Shown: one piece after another, positions 53,836 through 64,000 of the stretch
How the letters are laid out: each line of letters opens with the position of its first letter
Position numbering within the stretch: the first letter of the stretch is position 1
DNA from: the human T2T-CHM13v2.0 reference genome, Homo sapiens
Assembly (NCBI RefSeq): GCF_009914755.1
Contig: NC_060947.1
Direction: 5' to 3' (one strand)
DNA length: 64,000 nt
Notes under the pieces: model-generated
Told to the model about the DNA's origin: nothing
The model's database searches: none
The model's input: the letters and a program-made list of their open reading frames with translations, nothing else
Position numbers and translations under genes: made by a program

Positions 53836-55621
53836 TTAGACTGATGAGCTTCTCTGTGCAAGGGTGCCTTTTTGGAGCAATGTCCCCATTCGGTCCATTG
53901 ATATGAACCACTTCATTGAATGTCTTAGACGGTAAGTAGTAACAGCTGCTGTGCTTGCTTGTCAAAAGGAAATTTTTCAGAGCCTGGACTTTTGTAATAT
54001 ATGGCTTCTTTCTGTTTTCTATAGCTACCAGGAGAAAGTAATCTTTCTCTGGAGCCATCCCAGAATGTAGATCAAATTACATCAGAATACATAGACATTG
54101 ACTTACTGGTTAGTCAATCACATAATCAATGTGAAAAAAATGATACTGTGCATTTTTGTACCACACATTTTACTTCTTCTGTGTTCATTCAAATATGGTA
54201 TTGCATTCAGACCATCTACCAATTATCTGAAGGGCAGTAAGGTAGACATTTCTATCCCCATGTGAAAGACAAGAACACAGGTTCGGAATGATTACATAAA
54301 TTACCTAGGGTTAGATAGTTATTATTTTATTATTATATAGATATTAGATAGTTATTCTTTTCTTGGTTGTAAAAAAGATTTAGAAGCCTAGAGACTAGTT
54401 AAAATATTTTTTTTTCAGGAGCTAAGACGAATATACAATATAGGTAAAACACACTTGAAGCTCAATAAAACAAACCAACCACATAACAAAAGAGGGGAAC
54501 CCTTTGTAGATAACTGACAAATGTGAAAGTGTTATTGTTCATCTATTTATTAAATCAATGAAAATTTATTTTTATAAAATGAATCAGGCTTTCAGCCCTG
54601 ATTCTTGCCCAGAGTTTGAAGGTGAGCCAGGCTCTGTCACATTATGATAATCAGTTTCTTTGACTAAAACATGACGAGGGACAGAGAGAATGATACTTGC
54701 TTTACTTACTCCCTTGGGGTACTGTGAAGAGCTTTGCCAGTTGTAGAGATCTACACACAGGTAAAGACTTAATTAACTCAACAAATGTTTATTGAGTGCC
54801 TACCGTGTATAATGCACAAAGGGAAATATTCATCTGCCTTCAAGAAACTAGTAGCCTGCTACAGCAAGAATAAAATGTATAAAAATGAGAAATGTGAGGT
54901 AGAAAATCCTAAGTGCCAAAATAGAGGTAACATCTCTGAAAATATTACAGTTACTACATTTCTGAAAATAAGTAGGTGGTTACTGGAATTGATCAATAAA
55001 ATGATTACAACTATAAAAATGATCTTTTTAGGCATGCAGCTTTAGCATCCCATTTGCTTTATTCCCAGTACTTAATTAAATCATTTTCACTTGACAAACA
55101 TTTATTGAGCAACTACTATGAGCTGGTCCCTGTCCTAGGAGCTGGAGATAAAGTTAAAAATGCATGTCCTTGCTCTCAATGAACTTATGGTTTAGTAAGG
55201 AGAAACAAACATGCACAATAATGATAAAAATTTACAGGTGCAGTGGGGGATAGCATAAGATAAGCAGTGGTTAGTTCTAGCTGATGGTGGAGTGAGCAAG
55301 GATCTGGGAAACTTCATGGAGAAGGTTGTGTTCAGTCTTGAAGGAGAGGGAGGACTCCCTGAAGCAGGCAAGAGGCAAGGAGCCATGGATATCTCTGGCA
55401 GAGCGAAGGGCATGAATACAAACACAAAGGTGCAAAGAGCCTGGGAGTGAGGGCAACTGTAAGTGGTTTCCGTTGGCACTATTGAAGTAGGCTGAGGGAA
55501 GAGAAGTGCAACGGAAAATATGAGGCACTTGTTGATTTCTTTACAACTTTGCCCAGATTCAGGCCTATAACCATCCTTCAATCTGAATTCCTTTTGTTTT
55601 ATGTAATAGCTTCAAGTCTGA

Positions 55622-55973
55622 ATGATATGGTTTGGTTCTGTGTCCCAACCCAAATCTCATATTGAATTGTTATCCCCACGTGTTGAGGGAGGGAAGTGAT
55701 TGGATTATGGGGCAATTTCCCCCCTGCTGTTCTCGTGCTAGTGAGTGAGTTCTCATGAGGTCTGATGGTTTTATAAATGGTAGTTTTCCTGTACTCACTC
55801 ACGCTCTCTCTCTGCCAACATGTAAGATGTGCCTGCTTCCCCTTCCGCTATGATTGTAAGTTTCCTGAGGCCTCCTCAGCCATGCAGAACTGTGAGTCAA
55901 TTAAACTTCTTTCCTTTATAAATTACCCAGTCTTGGGTATTTCTTTACAGCAGTGTGAGAACAGACTTATACA
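55622..55973 (+). mobile_element. THE1/MST MaLR solo LTR
   Basis: tgatatggtttggttctgtgtcccaacccaaatctc...attaaacttctttcctttataaattacccagtc...acagacttataca. Confidence 0.85.
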
Positions 55974-58472
55974 CTCACCCACACACAGTTGAAAACACCT
56001 GCATTTGAAAAACAAACAAACAAACAACAACAAAAAAAGCAAAAAAAGTTTTGTTTCCAAAATGTATTACAAGTATTTTCCATGTGAACATGGTGCGGAA
56101 TGGCACAACTGGACTTGGGGTAGTGCATTACTCTCTACTGCATATTCATCCAAGCTGGTTAAAGGCTTTCTGTGTGAACTTCTTTTCTTCTAGGAAAAAA
56201 GGAGTCTGAAAATTTTTAATTAACCATTCAGGTTTCTAGAGCTCTGAAACAGTTGTTAGCTCACTAAATATTAGTATTATTCTAAAATGTTTTTCAACTA
56301 AAGTCTGCATTTTCTGTGTTTCCATTCCTTTTTTCCCTCACTCTGTGGCTTCACTTGCTATATTGCTTTCAAGTTTGGCGAGAATGGATCCTTTCCCTTT
56401 TACTGTGGGCCAGCTATTCTGTGTTAGAGCTCACCGGAATAAATGCTTGGTGCCCCTAAGAAGCCATGTTCATGCTCTTTTGTGATATACTCCCCAATCA
56501 AAATTGGAGGCCTGCCTGTATCTGCTGTTGACTACAGGCTATCTTGCATGAGTATCATTCCTGCCTTTTGAACAGGAGCTAGTCTAGCGCAATAGTCATT
56601 TGCCATAGGGGAATTCCATTACCTTTCCTTACCAGGAGGATGGATTCTGTCTGGTGTTTACACTGAAGATGGGGGAAATTTAATTAAATTCTTTCAAGTG
56701 CTAGATTTACTTACACTATCAATTTACTGCTAAAACCGCCATTCTCATTTTGGAGAATGAGAATAGGACCATATGTCTTAAACTTATCAACTGTCAGCAC
56801 TTCCAGTAATAGTTTTCTGCTTAGAATCAAAGAAAGATTTGGGTTTTTGAGTTCCCAAAGCCCTCTAGTTAGAACCTTGTGGACCTCATGATTTGGAACT
56901 GAATTTACTATACATTTTTGCCCACTGGAATGAGTTTTGCAATAAATCTAGTATCTTATTTGGAAAATGTCTTGGGGTAAAGTTTGGCAGCTTCTTCAAA
57001 GAGTAGTTCATTCCTCCCATAATTGCCTGGTGAAGACTATGCAGAAATTAGATTAAACAACACCACTGCCAATAAATCATCCAGGTGTTTGGCCAAATAA
57101 CAAAATACTGGACTATGGGGAAAGCTAGTGAAAGCTAGGATAAGTACACACAATAATTGGCATAAAAATAAATCAGTATAAAGAGAAACAGGGTAAAAAT
57201 TTCAGATGCCAGAGATAAGGCATTCTTAATCCTGTCCAAAAATTGATATTATGGGAAAACTCCCCTTGAGTTTCAGTTTAGTTCACTATTTGAAGGTGGA
57301 AAAGAAATACATATGGATTTGGTTGGGAATTTGTTTACAAAATGTTTGACACTTGGATAAAAGCTGAAAAAAATCTATCAAAAATCTAATGGGACATGAA
57401 ACCTGTTCTCAAGTAGCTTATAACATAGTTGAAAAGATAAGACTTCCACACTTGGCATCATTAAAGCTTGCAATGATGAGTGAAATGCATATAACTTAGT
57501 GTAAACCTGCATGATACAGACACGCATCAAAAGCTATGGAAATTCAGGAAAAGAATCAAAGGATTAATGAGGAGCTCAAGTCTTAGGAAAAGCTTCATGA
57601 GGTATGTGTGATTTATGTTGACTCAGAGGCTAGGCACAGTTTGGGTGCACAGAAGGGAGAGAGAATGAGATATTCTGATTGAAAAGGGGGAAGAAAAAGA
57701 GCAAAAGCATGAGAGATGGAATGAAATTGGTGGGCAGAAGGCAAAGAAAAGGTCAGACTACCTAGGGTAGAGTATGTGACAAGGCTGGCATGGCTGGGTA
57801 GACTCAGACTTGGCAATGCAGGCTTTAGAAGTTAGTTTGAGTTCCAGAGGCAAAGAGCCATCAGGATCCATTGAGCAGCATAGTGACATGATGAATGCAG
57901 TGTTATGGGAAAATTAGACCAGGATTTATGGGATTACCTATGGCCATCCAGATGGCAAACACACCAGTTGCAAAGATTCTTACTTGCCGGTACAATGAAT
58001 GTGAAGGGAAAGAGGCTGAAGGCTGGCATGAAATCAGGCTATGATGGAGGCTCAGATCAACCAGAATGAATTCAGATGGAGGGTACAGATAGTTTCCACT
58101 GGCATATGAGAGAGGTGAGATGAAATATTCTGATATAGAGTACCCAAAAGAAACTAAGAGGGTAAAAGAAACTAAGGAGAATTAGAGAGCTGGAATAGTG
58201 AAGGTCCATTATTATCTAGCCCCTGCCTCTGACTCCAACTTAATTTTCTTTTTTTTAATTTTATTATTATTATACTTTAAGGTTTAGGGTACATGTGTAC
58301 AATGTGCAGGTTTGTTACATATGTATACATGTGCCATGTTGGTGTGCTGCACCCATTAACTCGTCATTTAGCATGAGGTATATCTCCTAATGTTATCCCT
58401 CCCCCTCCCCCTACCTCACAACAGTCCCCGGTGTGTGATGTTCCCCTTCCTGTGTCCATGTGTTCTCATTGT

Positions 58473-62287
<3,815 letters not shown>

Positions 62288-62350
62288 TATGATGTTAGCT
62301 GGTTATTTTGCTCGTTAGTTGATGCAGTTTCTTCCTAGCCTTGATGGTCT

Positions 62351-63367
62351 TTACAATTTGGCATGTTTTTGCAGGGGCTGGTACCGGTTGTTCCTTTCCA
62401 TGTTTAGTGCTTCCTTCAGGAGCTCTTGTAGGGCAGGCCTGGTGGTGACAAAATCTCTCAGCATTTGCTTGTCTGTAAAGTATTTTATTTCTCCTTCACT
62501 TATGAAGCTTAGTTTGGCTGGATATGAAATTCTGGGTTGAAAATTCTTTTCTTTAAGAATGTTGAATCTTGGCCCCCACTCTCTTCTGGCTTGTAGAGTT
62601 TCTGCTGAGAGATCAGCTGTTAGTCTGATTGGCTTCCCTTTGTGGGTAACCCAACCTTTCTCTCTGGCTGCCCTTAACATTTTTTCCTTCATTTCAACTT
62701 TGGTGAATCTGACAATTATGTGTCTTGGAGTTGCTGTTCTCTAGGAATATTTTTGTGGTGTTCTCTGTGTTTCCTGAATTTGAATGTTGGCCTGCCTTGC
62801 TAGATTGGGGAAGTTCTCCTGGATAATATCCTGCAGAGTGTTTTCCAACTTGGTTCCATTCTCCCCGTCACTTTCAGGTACAGCAATCAGATGTAGATTT
62901 GGTCTTTTCACATAGTCCCATATTTCTTGGAGGCTTTGTTTGTTTCTTTTTATTCTTTTTTCTCTAAACTTCTCTTCACGCTTCATTTCATTCATTTCGT
63001 CTTCCATCGCTGATGCCCTTTCTTCTAGTTGATCGCATCGGTTACTGAGGCTTGTGCATTTGTCACGTAGTTCTCGTGCCGTGGTTTTCAGCTCCATCAG
63101 GTCCTTTAAGGACTTCTCTGCATTGGTTATTCTAGTTATCCATTCGTCTAATTTTTTTTCAAAGTTTTTAACTTCTTTGCCATTGTTTCGAACTTCCTCC
63201 TTTACCTTGTATTAGTTTGATCTTCTGAAGCCTTCTTCTCTCAACTTGTCAAAGTCATTCTCCGTCCAGCTTTGTTCCATTGCTGGTGAGGAGCTGTGTT
63301 CCTTTGGAGGAGGAGAGGCGCTCTGATTTTTAGAGTTTCTGGTTTTTCTACTCTGTTTTTTCCCCAT
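62351..63367 (-). pseudogene. Disrupted L1 ORF1p
   Basis: The 1017-nt span equals intact ORF1 length but has in-frame stops (e.g. 62741). Contains EIWDYVKRPNL, LQARREW and YPAKLS. Confidence 0.9.
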
Positions 63368-64000
63368 CTTTGTGGTTTTATCTACCTTTGGCCTTTGATG
63401 ATGGTGACGTACAGATGGGTTTTTGGTGTGGATGTCCTTTCTGTTTGTTAGTTTTCCTTCTAAAAGTCAGGACCCTCAGCTGCAGGTCTGTTGGAGTTTG
63501 CTGGAGGTCCACTCCAGACCCTGTTTGCCTGGGTATCAGCAGTGGTGGTTCCAGAACAGCGGATATTGGTGAACTGCAAATGTTGCTGCCTGATCGTTCC
63601 TCTGGAAGTTTTGTCTCAGAGGAGTACCCGGCTGTATGAGGTGTCAGTCTGCCCCTACTGGGGGGTGCCTCCGAATTAGGCTACTCAGGGGTCAGGGACC
63701 CACTTGAGGAGGCAGTCTGCCCATTCTCAGATCTCTAGCTGCATGCTGGGAGAACCACTACTCTCTTCAAAGCTGTCAGACAGGGATATTTAAGTCTGCA
63801 GAGGTTACTGCTGTCTTTTGTTTGTCTGTGCCCTGCCCCCAGCGGTGGAGCCTACAGAGGCAGGCAGTCCTCCTTGAGCTGTGGTGGGCTCCACCCAGTT
63901 AGAACTTCCCAGCTGCTTTGTTTACCTACTCAAGCTTGGGCAATGGCGGCCGCCCCTCCCCCAGCCTCATTGCTGCCTTGCAGCGTGATCTCAAACTGCT

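Overview
Primate (almost certainly human) genomic DNA containing the complete RAP2C gene on the minus strand. Its 183-aa Ras-family GTPase CDS is split over two exons (31485-31213, 28663-28385). It has a CpG-island bidirectional promoter, spliced GC-rich 5' UTR exons, an 8.5-kb intron inside the 3' UTR, and a ~2.5-kb terminal UTR exon. By established annotation this is Xq26.2, with the lncRNA RAP2C-AS1 running rightwards. The rest is repeat-rich: many Alus, a solo LTR12C, MaLR LTRs, MER DNA transposons, a young truncated L1 and a near full-length L1PA4-like element cut by the window end. Four unexplained signals stand out. (1) A ~240-bp non-Alu inverted repeat in the RAP2C 3'-UTR intron buries a perfect 5' splice site. 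(2) A chain of + strand exon-like segments at ~50.5-57 kb may be a decayed multi-exon protein-coding gene inside RAP2C-AS1, with an RFX X-box upstream. (3) An L1 segment appears to have been locally templated into an Alu. (4) There is a 177-bp tandem duplication. Repeat subfamily names and boundaries were assigned by eye and are approximate.
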